Shown piece by piece: positions 36,612 to 50,499 of a DNA stretch of 64,000 nucleotides. The position numbers and the translations under genes were made by a program. Numbering within the stretch: position 1 is the stretch's first letter; the number at the start of each line of letters is the position of its first letter. The stretch comes from Blasia pusilla (taxonomy: Eukaryota): NCBI GenBank assembly GCA_050084515.1, contig CM114271.1:38440001-38504000 (forward strand), written 5' to 3'. Under the pieces are notes generated by a model that made no database searches, had not been told where the DNA came from, and worked only from the letters and a program-made list of their open reading frames with translations.

Positions 36612-38682
36612 TTAAGCTCACTCTTCACCCAACATGACACTATGTAATAACATGCACGTCACAAATATTCCAGCACGCAGATTCGCTGGTGATGGAGAAA
36701 AACGAACTGGCCCAGGAGTCCATCGTAATTGAGAATCTGCTTGGAACTACGACGTCTATCGATCGATGGATGCTGAGTTTTCTCAAATACTAGAGGCTTT
36801 CGAGAATAAATTAGGTGAAGTCGATCGAGAGATCTTGGTATCACTCTGACTGGGGCCATGAACAAACTAGTAATATGTTTAAGTATAACCATTATGTATA
36901 GTCTGGAAGGCAGTGGCTTTCTCCCAGACTCTTGTTAACGTCGGTCATGTCAAATCGACGGGTTGACTGGAACATGCAGGTGACTCTCATATACGTAGCC
37001 CTGCAGCTAGAGACCTTCGCGCGCATCTTCACCTGAGTCATGCCCTCGCAGGTGACTTAGGTGTGCTGCAGCGGTAGCATCCATGTATCGTGATTATTGA
37101 ATCAATAAAATTTCTGAAGCAAGACATGTGTGAACTTGTTATCCTGATAAGCTTTGTTATCATTAGTTATTACTATCATTTATCATTAATTATATATTTT
37201 TATATATATATATCGTTTTGTTCATCCAATTTATTTATTTTCACGCTAGAGAGGCCGAGTTTGATTCAACCTCCTTGGGATGCTTATGATAGATCTTTAA
37301 TGTGTGTTAATGATATCGCATCCCATAAACAATTTCGCTTCTAGAGTGCAAGCACTTTTTGATGGTTTCTCATGTGAGGAAACAAGTGGTTCCCAGAGCG
37401 CATAAAAGTCACATGCTTAAATCTCACACTCGAATATTCATAAGGAGTTCTCTAGAGTAATCCATGCACCACTAAGTCCACGCGAATACATACCCACTAT
37501 GGGTTGATCTCATGGACTAAAGGGAGAGGATTGACTTGGTAGTAGAGAGTGCGAGAAAGACTATAGCCAGCACCCAAGGATCATAGATTGGGGCCGTGCC
37601 AGAGATTGGGCTCTATCCTGTTGAAGAAAGTGTTAGAGGATGTGTTCATGAATCTGCAGAAATAAAAAGTTCCAGCCATGGTTTAATACGCAGTAGAGAT
37701 CATATATTCAAGCCATATCTTCACAAGCAGTGGAGGCCATCGATTCGAGCCATGTCTTCATACGCAGTAAAGGCCATCGATTCAAGCCATGGTTTCGTAA
37801 ACAGCAGAGACCAGGAATTCGACTCATTGTTTCATGATGCAGTGCGTTTATTCCAGCCCTTGCTCCATCAAACATATGCTTCAAGCCATGGCTGGACGGC
37901 GGCAGATTCCCGGTCTAGGGCGTGGGAGGAAGAAGGAGAGAATCTAATACCTTCTGAGATTATGAGAGAGGCAAGAGAGGCTCCATGAATCAAGTACCAT
38001 TGTAGAATTGGTCCCATAGATTTGGATCATGGTTGCTTGACAATGCCAGCTAGAGACTTGGCAAAATCGTAGAAGCATCATGATTCAAATGAATTCTGAG
38101 ATTGAAAGAGACTATATTCACAATCACGGAGTAGTAGAAACCGTAGTTTATTACTTCGAGCCATGGCTCTATACTACCAGAGACTGGGAATCGGTGCATG
38201 AGGCAGACCTTCGACTAGGGCGAGGAAGGCTGCTTTTCTCACTATCTTACGGATACGCAGCGGATACCATGGATTACGCTTGAATGGATTCGGGGACGGA
38301 TGTGGTGGACGCCGTTGAACGGTGAGGGCGTCCAACATGCGTCCGAACCCTTTTCTCTATGAGCCGTGGAAGGTTGTTCTAGTGAAGGCCTTGGAGTTGC
38401 AACCGGGAGTGTATGCAGTCCATTTGATCTCATTTTAAGCAAGTTCTTAGCCCGGGAGTGAGAGCAAATTACACACTTTTGGTAAGTCCACAACACCCAT
38501 ATGACTACCACTAAGTGGGTCTTTAGCATCGGCGGCACCAAAAGCCCCTTTGATTTGGGCAAGTTGCAAAGCTAGGGAGATGTGTTGTCTAAAGAATCTC
38601 AAAAGTCAATGATAATCCATTGTTGGACGGGAGATGATATGCACAGTCTGTAACAAGCGAGTCAAACAATATACCTCAGATT

Positions 38683-38719
38683 AACAAGATTAACGTTCAA
38701 GGAGAGTAGGTGCACAACA
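38683..38719 (+). mobile_element. 37-bp remnant of the gypsy LTR 3' terminus
   Basis: 36/37 identical to 17472-17508 and ends at the same CA; flanked by a 17-bp direct repeat. Confidence 0.88.
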
Positions 38720-41700
38720 ATATACCTCAGATGAGGTTCATTTGGAGCTCATCTCCTTAGGATTGAAGACCTTTGTTGGGATCCGTGATACAGCGCGGCT
38801 TGCATGTATTGAGCCTGGATTCTTTCTTGAATAGTGGGCTAGGAGTGATCAATAAGGAAATCACACATTTTGGGAATCCTTGTGTATATTTTCTCTTGCT
38901 GTTACACCAGTGTGTATCAAAATCATGAGTATGGTTGTTTGGATGAAGCAAGGTTGATTGCAGATTTCATCAGAGTTTATAGTGCGTATTCAACTTTATA
39001 TTGGGGTTGTCCAATCGTTCATGTGTAGAGATCTTAGGATTCATAGCTAGATGGATCTTAGCCATGTGTGTGCATGAAAACCGATGTATGTTGGCAACGA
39101 TGTGTATTCGCACGACATTGATGGTGCTAGATATGTGTATCTAGCATCGATGGTGCTAGATATGTATAGGATAGTAGATCATGTGAGGTACATAGTTGTT
39201 TACTATCTGGAGTTAGGGGGATCCAACTGCCAGCTATGGGGGTGGTTGTGGGGTCTTGGTGTATATGCGTGAGTGTATTTCGTTTATGTGTGGATCTATC
39301 CATATGTTGGGGAAGATGAGTTTTGTGTGGTGTGTAGATGTGACCAGCGATGTGGGTTGTGTAGCGATGTGTATCCACACGATAACTGTCACATCTTATT
39401 TTGACGTAGGTAGAGTTCTATCGCGTCGAGAGCATAGAGAGTCAACGGGTTGTTCGGGTGTAACTTCGTCTCGAGATGTTGGATGAGGTTGGCAACAGGT
39501 CTGTTGCATCGAGAACGTCGTTTATGGCGATTTCCCTATTTTGGTTTTAGTTCCCATATGACTCATTGACCAAGTCAACGATCACCCAATAACCTATGCA
39601 TGCAAGTTATCGTTGGTAGGGCTATTTTTGGGGTAAGATCCTTTTAGCTCTTCCCAAGGATATAAGAGAGTAGAGTAGATTTTTAGTCCACGGGAAGTTG
39701 ATCTGGCTTATGGGACCCCTTCTACATATGTGAAATTGACATCGCATCCGACATGGCACCTTCACATCTAGATTTGGGGTTCTCACTCAGGAGTTTTGGT
39801 TTTTGTTTTTTTTGTTTTTTCTTTTGTGAAGGCCTGGAATTTTATCCAGATTTTTAACCTAGGAGCATAGTCAAGGCACACAAGGCGTTCTCTCTCTCGA
39901 ACATGGACCATCCATGCCCTAGGTAGGAGACGCCAGTGCCCTGGGGTTGAGACTCCCCCCAGTGTCCAAGGGGAGAGTTGAACCCAAGACCTCTTCAAGA
40001 GGACCTTATGTTTGTTCAGCTAACCTCTTGGTCATCTACCGCTTGATGAGAGAGAGAGAGAGAGAGATGGATTTCTGAAGCCATCTTTCTCATGTTGAGC
40101 CTTAGGAGCACCTCTCTTGCATGTACGTATCTGGGTGTGTGTAAGAGTTAGGGTGCTAGCGTCCGGATTCCATCATAGCAGAGGGTGGATGTGATTCGAT
40201 ATGCCTATGTAGATTCATGAATGGAGTTTTAGGCCGGATGAATCATTTTTTAACTCAAATTTTGTTGTGGGATCTCGACGTACATGAATGAATATATTTC
40301 ATTTATGTATGGATTTACCCGTATGTTGGGTAAGATCGATAATGTGTAATGTGACCAACGATATGAGTTGTATAAAGATGCGAATGCACACGACAAATGT
40401 GAGAAAATGTGATTTTATTGATTTTGTTAAAATTGGTATTAATAATTCTAGAACTATTATCATTTATGCAAATAAGATTAGAAACATTAAACTTGCTTAT
40501 AATCCTATGTCCCATGCTTGAAGATGATATGGGCCTCTACATGCTTTCTTCGAGTGATTGTGCATCTAGGTGCACAAGTATTTTGTTAAGAGAAAAATGT
40601 TTGAATGAGATATGGATTTTGTCTAAACATGTAAAAATTAACTAGTTTTGAATAGCTTTAAAAAAATATTATTTGGAGATAAATTTGAAATGCTTAAACA
40701 CGAGTTTAACGTAAAAGATATGGATAAGCTTACGAAGAGTATCAAAGATTGGGTATGAAAATTTTCACTGGAAATTGAATTTAGGGTTAAGGATGTTTGA
40801 GGTTCATCCTAGCGGGCCCAATTGGCACACGAATTTCTCACACTTAATTTTCTATCTATGATACATGTTACTTACTGCGCGACATTGTGGAAATATTCTG
40901 ACCATTGTCTCACTATGTTGTATAAATTTGCGATGTAAAGACCTCTTGTCTGCTTATTATCGGCCTTTTGTGGACGTTCGGTGCTATATTCTCTAGAATT
41001 TGATGTGTAGCTGTCGATACTTTTCATTTTATCAGCTTCTACCATACCATTTTCAGAGCGTTGACAGGCAGAACGCAGAGAATGGCAATTTTGGTCGTCT
41101 GAATAATTGGACATTCGCAAATGAATTATTGAACTGATGGATGGGAGTAGATTTTACGTTACTGTTTTCATAAGCCATGTAACATTGTTCACATCGGATT
41201 TGCATGGGGTTGGGATGTGTAATGTTCTTCTCACTGTATTCAGTTTCTTACATTCAAAGTTTGAATTTTTTCGGTGCTCTTCTCCCTTCCTTCGTCACCC
41301 TAAGAGATTATCCACATCATGAATTATTCACAAAAATATGATTGGGGAGAGTGTGAATGACAACGCACGGGTGTTCTACTCAATGCTCCGATAACGCTGG
41401 CTTTGAAAAGAATTCTTGTATACAAAAGAGCTCGGAGATAGGACAGTTTTGTTCAGACACGGTACACGGCACCGCTAGAAGCTACGTTCGATAGAAACGA
41501 TTCTCTAGAGTTTATGGCCATCTTCCCAAGCTCAGGCGATGGATCGAGATCTCTACCTCCGAACGAAAGCACACACACAAACCTATGAAAGAGAACACCT
41601 CGAGCTTCCACGGCTGAAACGACGTTTATGATACATATTCTTCAGCAGGGACACTTCCATATCTACGCCTGCATCCGACCAAAGCTTACCTCCATGACAT

Positions 41701-41902
41701 TCAGCTAATTCGACAAGCTGCACGGCCCCTGTTTTCAACCTCAGTCGATTGAGCACACCCATCTCGCAGCTCCTCGCACTACAGGGAACCACGGACGCCA
41801 ATCGACCACCTCCGTCACCAGAGGAACAGCGCAGACCAGTCACCTTACACGTGCTCACTTAAGTGCACGCGTTCAGGACAACTGCTCGTGACCAGGTCAC
41901 CT

Positions 41903-42579
41903 TCACTTCACTTTCAGTGCAACCTTCATCCCTTGAGAGCAGTGGTTCGGAACTCCACAGATGAAGTAGTACACTCCGGGCTTCGTGAACTTGAGGCGGT
42001 CCTTCCCGGATGAGTATTTGGCCAAGGGATTAGAGGTCTTGCACGAATAGTAGTTGGCCTTGCTCACCATGAGCACGTTATGATCCCTGGCGTCATACTT
42101 GAAGACTGCATGGCACACCAAACACACACAGACACAGTACAACCGTAAGCACTCTATCAGTGGGAGCGCATATAGACAGGGCTACGACGACTGAGCTGCG
42201 GGAGATGTTCGAGAGAATTATTCATCAGTACCGTCATGCACATACAGTCAACGAGACAACTGCAGCTACATATGGTCGGCAGTGCCTGCCAATTCGTGGA
42301 AGGAACCTTCGGATCGGACGCAGCCCAATTCGCTAACGATCGACACCGTGACGAGGGTTGACGAGCGGAGTGATCGAATGACTTTGACTTACGGATGTTG
42401 TCGTTGGTCCTGATATTGGCGCGCGTGGACCAGACCTTGTAGTTGAAACCGAGAATCCAACCCTTGCCTCCTCCGACCGTCACGAGAGCTGCCAGGGTGC
42501 AGTCCGCCATCGCCATCACGCACAGCAGCAGAGCCACGCAGCGGATGGCATTGCTTCTTCCCTGGCCGCGGCTTCCCAT
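41903..42579 (-). CDS. Plantacyanin / basic blue copper protein paralogue, 2 exons: 42579-42393 and 42105-41903
   Basis: MGSRGQGRSNAIRCVALLLCVMAMADC signal peptide; VTVGGGKGW; same phase-1 intron position; HNV...FICGVPNHCSQGMKV Cu site intact. Confidence 0.95.
42546..42566 (-). promoter_or_regulatory. miR408-like target site in plantacyanin 2 (weaker)
   Basis: GCCAGGGAAGAAGCAATGCCA; mismatches at miRNA positions 1, 2, 6 and 10 of AUGCACUGCCUCUUCCCUGGC. Confidence 0.7.
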
Positions 42580-44599
42580 GGCTACCGACGTGTAGAGGAA
42601 GACGGAGAGATCGGACTCTGGAGGCGGAAAAGTGAGGAAATGTGGACGAAGGGAGTACGTAGAGAGTGAGCTGAGGATGCGATGGGATGTGTGCAGCAAG
42701 AAGGAGGTATAAGTAGTGGTGTCCGGACCATATGGGTCCAGCAGCCGCTGATTGCTTCCTCCGATCCCGCGCGGGATGGGGAAGAGTCGTGAGTGTCGTG
42801 ATGGGCGCCGGTAACAATTGGATGTTGCGTTCACGGCGCGCAGTATGCTCTCGGAGTTCGGCGTTCGACCTTCGTCGATCCATTGGTCTGACTCGAGTCT
42901 TGACTCTCGATAGTCGGATGGTGTCGGCGCGGGAACCTCACAAGCGAGTCGCAAGAGACCGGTTTTCGAAGAAGATCCATCTTTGTGGCGATCACTCACG
43001 TCGGTAGAGGACCCAGCGACTGGAGCCCTCGATTGCCAGAGATCGACCGCTTCTCCGGTACGCGCAGGTCCACGAAGGGACGTTGATGCGATGCAATGGC
43101 CACGAAAGGGTTGGCCTCATCAATTCGTGACGTTGACCGGCTTGTGCTGAGCACCCACTCGAATGTTGACATGCTTTACAATTTCATTGTGCGGCGGCTC
43201 ATGCATGGCCGCACAATCAACAACAACAATCATGCCTGGAGCTCCCTCCTTGGAGACTTGGACCTATACGTATAATTCAGCCCCAAGTTACCTCCTTGGG
43301 TTGGTAGCTCCTTGGACCCAAGATCCCTCTTTGGGCTTCGGAAGTCGGACGTGGTTCCTCAATTAGCCCTCACCCTCTACGTACAGTACCTTTCTTTTCG
43401 TTCCGCCCGGATGACAAAATAACGTGCGGCGGCGGCCCGGATCGTGACAATGTAGTCCGCGACTACCGACGGTTGTCAGCGTTATACGGGCTGCTGCCGC
43501 TGCACATGAATGCATTTTGCCACGGTATCATTAGGATAGGCATTTGCATTTATCATGACTATGGTTCTTTTCAGAAGTCGGTGGTTTCGGCCGGGAAATT
43601 TGGGGTTGCTTTCTGAAGAAGATAAGATTTTTTTTCTTTATTAAGGAATTCGTTTTGAATTTTCAGTAATTTCGTGTGTATTACTAGCATATACGGCACT
43701 TACAAGTTCTTCATGTCTTTTTAACCTCTCCACTTGTTTTAAATACATGTTTGATAATTATTTTCTCTCCCCATCCGTCTCAAAGGTAGTTGGGCTGGTC
43801 TTGTGTTTACCCTACGATCACTCTCTCTAGTCTCTACGAGAGGGTCTATCTATTCCTCTTGGTAGAGAGAGGGATCATTTTGATTATATATCTCCCTTTT
43901 CCATAGAAGAGAGTGGGGTTCTTTCATCTCCATAATTTTCTCCATCATCCATTCAAGTCTTATAGTTATCTTGAGTTTGGATAACTCTTATAGTTTCTAA
44001 GTTTTGTAGAATGATGGATCAAAAAGTGACATATGAACAAGTCATGTAAGAACTATGATGGGATTACTACTCTTGCTAGAGGGAGTAATCCCTCCAACTT
44101 TGTACTTTCCCTCTCTCTCCCTCCCCATACTCTTGATATAATGAAGGGTTCTTTCACCAGCCACCCTCCCTTTCCTCGCCCCATCGACATCATTATCATT
44201 CTCTATCCTCTTTGTAATTCTATTCTTTGAGAGATTAGAAATGATTCATCACTTCCCTCTCTGTCAATCCCTTATCATTAACAATACTCCCCTCCCCTCA
44301 CCTATCTTATATGCCGATCGAAGTCGATCCCTCCATAGAGGATATATAAGAATTGAGTTGGGGGCTTAAAGATAGATTATCTCCCTCTACAAGGATACTT
44401 TCTATATCTCTGTAGAGGGATAGAGAAATTTGATTGATATCCCTTCATTTCCAAAAGAATGGAGATGGCAAAAGGAAAGTGGATCCATTCCTCCTCTCCA
44501 ACCATTTGGTGTTCCCCTATTTCCCCTTACCTAACCTATTGAAAATTTCATCCTTATCTCTACTTACCCTTCCCATCGAAAATATAGATTTTTTAGATT

Positions 44600-45480
44600 C
44601 AAGATGAATTACATTTCTTCCATTAGGGATAAAACTTCAATATGATAGTTCCTCAAAGTTTTGTGCAATAAGCCCATCTCTCCAGAAACCATAAAATCAT
44701 AAGTTGGTTTCTTATACGGCTATTAGACCTTTTTAAGAGATAACACATGTGAGATTTTTCTATTGAATAATTTTCTTCCATTGGGGATAAAACTTCATAA
44801 TATAATTTCTTCCATTAATTTCTAATCGTCCTCCAATTTCTTCAAATTAGACCAATCCCTCCCAAAATCATAAACTCATAGTCATGATACAATGATCATA
44901 CCCTTTTAAAAAATAATGTCTCGTAAGATTCTTCACATAACTTTCTTGTTCCTAGAAGACTCTAAGTTAGTGGTGAAATTAGCTTCATGTAAGTCTACTG
45001 TTTCTCAAAGTTTGATGTAAAATTACTATCCCTCCCAAAACCATAAATTCAAAAGATGATATGAGATAAGAGGACTATACCTTCTTAACCAATAGTTTCT
45101 TTATGATTTTTAAAAATTGAATATCATAATCCTCTAAGTGTTGAAATTTTTGGTAAGCTTAGTTATATTTAAAATAATATTCCTCAAATTTTCATACAAT
45201 CCTCCCCTTTATCACCAAAAAAATCACTTGGTGATTTACTCTAGGGCGATCATACCTATAAAAAATCCTATATGATTTTTTGATTGAATAATTTCCTTCC
45301 ATTGGGGATGAAACTTGATAGTATGATTACTTACATTGATGAATATTATTTCTAAAAGTTTCATGCAATATGTCCATCCCTCCAAAAACCTCAAATTTTT
45401 AAGGCAATTTGTGATATGATGGCGATAAGTCCATTTTGCATAAACTTCTCCTCCATGACTTTTCACTTCAAACATTTTCC
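44600..45480. repeat. Degenerate ~160-175-bp tandem array
   Basis: ttccatt(a/g)gggat.aaactt at ~44618, 44777 and 45297; ccctcc.aaaa.c.t.aa at ~44857, 45029 and 45377. Confidence 0.7.
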
Positions 45481-45539
45481 TCCCTTGGGTTTCCGACATA
45501 GTAGTAGTATTATTTGAATGCAATTCTAGTATCTCTCAA

Positions 45540-48000
45540 AGTCTCTTGGCCACGTTTATGATTTCTTGAGCTCGCTCCCAAACCTACGTCTCTTTCTTGC
45601 AATTATGAGCATGGTGTATATGTTTATTGTTTCAAAGCCATATTGGAAAAAAATGTAGTGCTAGAAAATTGAAGGAAATACCCTTCATAGTGTTTGAAGC
45701 CAAAGTGTGATCAGGTTTATAGCTACAAAGCATATTCATATCTACACGGTTGATTTGTAATTTAATGTGTTAAATCATTCACATAAAGACATTCTAGGAT
45801 TGAAAGGACACATGGATGTTAGATATGTGTGGATGGTAACCAATGCATGTTGGTTAGCAATATGTATTCCCTTGATAGCCAAGATCTTGTCGCAAAATTC
45901 TCATATGCTTTAACTTTGGTTTTAGAGAAAAGCTATTTTGTTATCATCCCAAGTGGTGATGTCATCAAGAAATATACGCATCTACCCATCCAATGATTTG
46001 TCAATATAATCTTTGAACAACGTGAAAATACCCTCGGCACAAATTATAACTACAAGTTTAATACCATTGGTGAATCAAGCCAAGAATTCTTATAGGTCCT
46101 TCTTGGCAATGTATTTCTAATTACTTAGTGTTGAGTTGAAGTAATTAACGTATCGATTTCTTTGGTCTTCCATTATGTCTAGCTTATTTATAGGATTTTT
46201 TAAATGATTTTTTCTTTTGCAAGGGAAGTAGATATTGATGTGGGTAATTTCCACCAAAACCAATGAAGTTTTTCTTCATACTGAACGAGAAATTTCTTAA
46301 GTTGCAATGAAGTAATTATGAATCAAGTGATAAGCTTGACTACTATTAGTAACAAACCACGATATTTTTTAGAAGAGAAACGTTCCACTATTTGTGGGTA
46401 AGAATCTATAAATCTATTGTAGTCCTCATCATGGTTGTCGCAATTAGATTTTTAAAGGACTACACCACAATGACCACATTTACATATTATCTTCTTCCTA
46501 TAAAACAATCACATGGAAATAGTAATAATCACATTCAATACTCATTAAGTCTATAAGAAGGGAATCCCGCCTCTAGCAAGTATTTCTATTTAAGTAAAAT
46601 CTTGCCAAAGGAATACAATTATTGTCATACATCAAAGATCCTCTCAAATTAGAACTCTATGTTTAACTAGTTTGTGTGAGAAGGTAAGTTCATTTGGGAT
46701 CCTTTCTTAGTGAGCCCTCCACATCTTATTTCTCACTATATTGTCTGTCTCTTTGATACAAACTATATTTCATAGTCTATTTTACGAGATTCTTTTGGAT
46801 CCTTCTTAGCCTTCAATTCTAGTGCCTCTTCTATACAAATGTCACGTGATAGTCTTCTATTAAAGATCCCTCTAGATCATGCTTGGCCCCTAATTCCTAT
46901 CTTTCTTCTACGTTACGCATACCCGATGGCCAGCAATACTCAACCCTTGAGATCCTTATAAATTTCACCATTACCAAAGTCTCTTTAATATATGGCACAG
47001 TTTGTGGTCATGGTTCTCTAGAATATATATATATCCCTCTAGATCTTTCCTAACCATCATCCTCAATGTTTTTTTTACGTGGATCTTATTTGATGATTAA
47101 CTTTAATATATATCCTCTAAATTCCTTACCTCCACTACATTTGATGTCCCTTCCATAGAGGATCCGGTCTCTTGGTTCTAAACCTTGATCATATTACTTT
47201 ATCAACATTCATTCTTGTATACTTTGTATACAATGTTTTTTATAACCTTCACGATTTCTTTGTCCATATCCTATATATTTTCTCATTGTTGTAACCTCTA
47301 CTTTAGCTTAAGTCATATCCTTCCACTTTTCATTCATATGTTAGCTTCATTTTAGTAGAATATAAAATTGCTTATAGGATTCTCTCCTCATATTTTGTCT
47401 CAAATTCCTTCCTATCTTGTTTGCACTTAATGATTCTCCCACATAAAAGTTCTCACGTTAGTTGGCCTCTTTTGACACTTAGTAAATATTTAGTGAGCTT
47501 CTTGGTCCCAATAATTTTGACGTAGAAGATGGTTTCTAAGCTTCAAGACGAGCTATATTGCTTATTTCTTTAGGAGATGTGGGACTCTCCTCCATATTTG
47601 CAACAAAACCATAAACTATTTTTGGGAGTTGGCCTTTGGTTGCTTATATCATGATTCCAAGGATATTCACCCATATATTTTGATGGATGATGTGGCCTAC
47701 TTTTAGGAGGGAAATCTATTATTCCAATAAAAGTTGACATAATTTAGCCTTTCCATCTATATCGTATACATTTCTTGTGTGAATACATGCGCTATGACTT
47801 AGCTTGCTACAAATCTTCTTATTGCTCCATTTCATCTTTTATGAAGCATGTTCTTGACAAGATTACCATGATGCCTTGGAATACCTCATCTTTATCTTTT
47901 GGGTGGACCTAATTGTGTATGTGGGGAGCCGAGTGAAGCAAAATATATCCATATTCTTTGATGTGCGTATAATGGAGAGCAAACCAAGAGAGATGATGTG
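45540..48000 (-). pseudogene. Very decayed L1-like LINE ORF2 (tentative)
   Basis: Only traces: a zf-RVT-like ET...HNCKKET*VWE near 45570-45640 and a GIR-G-like trace near 46885. No long ORF. Confidence 0.25.
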
Positions 48001-48254
48001 ATTACAAAGGAATAAACCTCAATGCCTCATGCTACATTTTACATTTTTGGTAAGTATATGTCCCATTATGAAGATATACTTGATAAAAAAATACACCTAG
48101 TTATGACTCGAGGTGATTTTCTTCTATTGGGTGATGTAGTGATTTTCAATCATATACGATTTGATCGGTATCTTGAGCCATAAATATATAGCATTTAGTG
48201 GCCAATGAAACATTAAGAATGAAGGAATTAAGTTAATATGTAGTAAGAGATTCT

Positions 48255-48900
48255 TGTCACGACCCTCAAAGCTGAGCGTGCGACGATGTGGAACATTAGA
48301 ACTCGAGTAGGCTCAGACTCGCATGGAAGCACGTTTGAGACTCTAGAATGAGACATGAGTTGCAAGCGAGATGCGAGCCTTGCAGGGCGTCTCAAATGAT
48401 GATGGTCGTGACCTATTACAACAAGATCAAATATTAAGTAGTTCTTGAGAGAAGCTCAAGTGCAAGTCCCACTTGATGGATGGAGAGGTTGTCTTCAAGA
48501 TGTGGACATCAAGCCAAGTCGAGGGGGATTTATTATGGATATGAATCTTGAATCTTGATACGTGACTCAGATATTGGATCATGGCTAGAGAATCATCCAC
48601 TTGGCAACTTGGACCACCAGGTGCGCTAACACTAGTTTAGGTTCTTGGACTATTAAGGAAGTGTGTCCCAAATCTTGAAGGAATTTCTTGTGTTTGGGAA
48701 TGAAGGGTTAGGTTGGTATCTGAACGCGCTTAGGTCTGTTGAGATTGAAGGATACCTTGAGTCCAAGATTTCGAAGAGGCAAGACTAGTTGACCCAAATA
48801 GCAAATAATGTGAGTATGTTTGGATGGAGATCAATAAGGAGAGTGTGACCTACTGAATGTACGCTTCTAAAATACATGAGGTCAAATTCCAAGAGGAATG
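48255..48900 (+). mobile_element. LTR-retrotransposon fragments
   Basis: Starts TGTCACGACCC (a common plant gypsy LTR start); PPT-like GAGGGGGATT at 48521; locally higher GC. Lies between two copies of a ~75-bp direct repeat (48123-48197 and 48919-48994). Confidence 0.4.
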
Positions 48901-50499
48901 GGCGTACTAAAAATTTTGTCTATTGGGTGATGTAGTGATTTCCAATCATACACGTTTAAATTGGTATCTTGAGCTATAAGTAAATAACATTTAGCCCCCA
49001 AGAAATTCACCCAACCTATCAAAATGACACAACATCCTCCATGTTCATCTTGTGACTGTTTGATTTTGATATGGTTCATTGGTTTTGCCCAATTTTCTTT
49101 GTGTTAGCTATCTGCCAAGAGTGCCCTTCATGTGTAGAGTCTATTGCAATAGCCTTCCTTCTTGTGTAGAGCCTACTTTGTGGCTGCTCTTTTATTTTTG
49201 CTCTTTGTTACTTGCTTCATACAAAGTTGCTCATCTTTGGTGATGTCCAATTATTGTACATGATTATGATTACTGCCTTGCAATTTCCTTGTGGGATCAT
49301 AGAATTTCTTTGTTCAAAGTTTTGTGTACGATGCGAGATCTAACAAGTTAGTTCAAGTTTTTTTAGATCAAATTCTTGGTTGATTTGTGCTCTTCCTTCT
49401 CTTCTCATTTCATTCCATGTATTTGAAGCTCTTTGCTTTATCCTACGAATTATTTTCAGAACTTTGTATATTAATTTCTCTCCAAATGGTGTTACTATAT
49501 CTAATTCTCTCAATAAACCATGACATTATTAAAATCATTCTATCATACAAACATTCATGATCAATCTAGAATATCCAGCGTAAACCTCTATATTTTTTAC
49601 TTACTTTCCTTCTGAATCTCTATATTCTTGCACTTTCACATTAGATCTTGAACCTCCATCAACAATATTCACTTCACTACATACATTTCTCAAGGTTTCC
49701 CTATTTTTCTTATTCCAACTATATTGTACAACTTACAATATCTATCCCCAATTCAATTTGTATTATCTTGGCCGCATATTAGTTATTAATAGTGTTTATC
49801 AATGGTATTATTATATGCATAAGCATTGATGTTGATACATTGATCCAAAGTAGTTGGCGACAACTCATCCTTTTGTCCATTCATATGCAAGCAACCATTA
49901 GACTTCATGTCATATTTGTTTCAAGTGTTGTATTGTATTGATCTTTGATATCATTTTCTTATTTTCCATTTGGCATGTTATTGTTTTCTTTTTGTATTTT
50001 GGATCTTTTTCCTCTCTTAATAAGTTTTTAATTTTATTTTTTCCCTATGTTTATTTGCCTGATGAATTGGATTTCTATATTAGCCTCAAAAGATCTCCCT
50101 TTCTTTTATAAAACAAACCTCATAAGAGGACACATAAAATCAACAACATCCCAAGAGGAGAAGGATATTAGGTTGCATCAAAGAAATGCCAAAATAATCT
50201 AATTCTTTGTGAGAAGCTCTTAAAATCGATAAAGACCTTTTATAATCAATTGATTGAAATGGGGTATAATTTTAATTATTCTTTGGATAATATATCTCTC
50301 TCCTCCATATAGGCCAGGTGATCCATCAAGATAATTGTATCTCCTTAGATAAACTTAAAATGATGATGGGAAAAATACCCCAACTCCCCAAAAACATTTG
50401 TAATGTATTCGTGATTGTGGAGGAAATCCCCTTACCTCCAAAAGAAATAAGAAACACGATGTTCTCCAAGAAGCTAGGACTTCTTAGAGCAAGCAAATA

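Noticed and set aside
37340-40200. LTR-like or retroelement leader DNA between the plantacyanin genes
   Set aside because: It looks repetitive (ttcaagccat-type motifs) but I could not define termini, PBS, TSD or coding domains.
42157-42999. 280-aa ORF suggesting an N-terminally extended plantacyanin
   Set aside because: The paralogue and the signal peptide place the start at 42579; the rest is promoter/UTR and intron read-through in GC-rich DNA.
49050-49330. Possible gag zinc-knuckle remnant on the minus strand
   Set aside because: Only KKEGYC...GH traces across broken frames; too weak to call.
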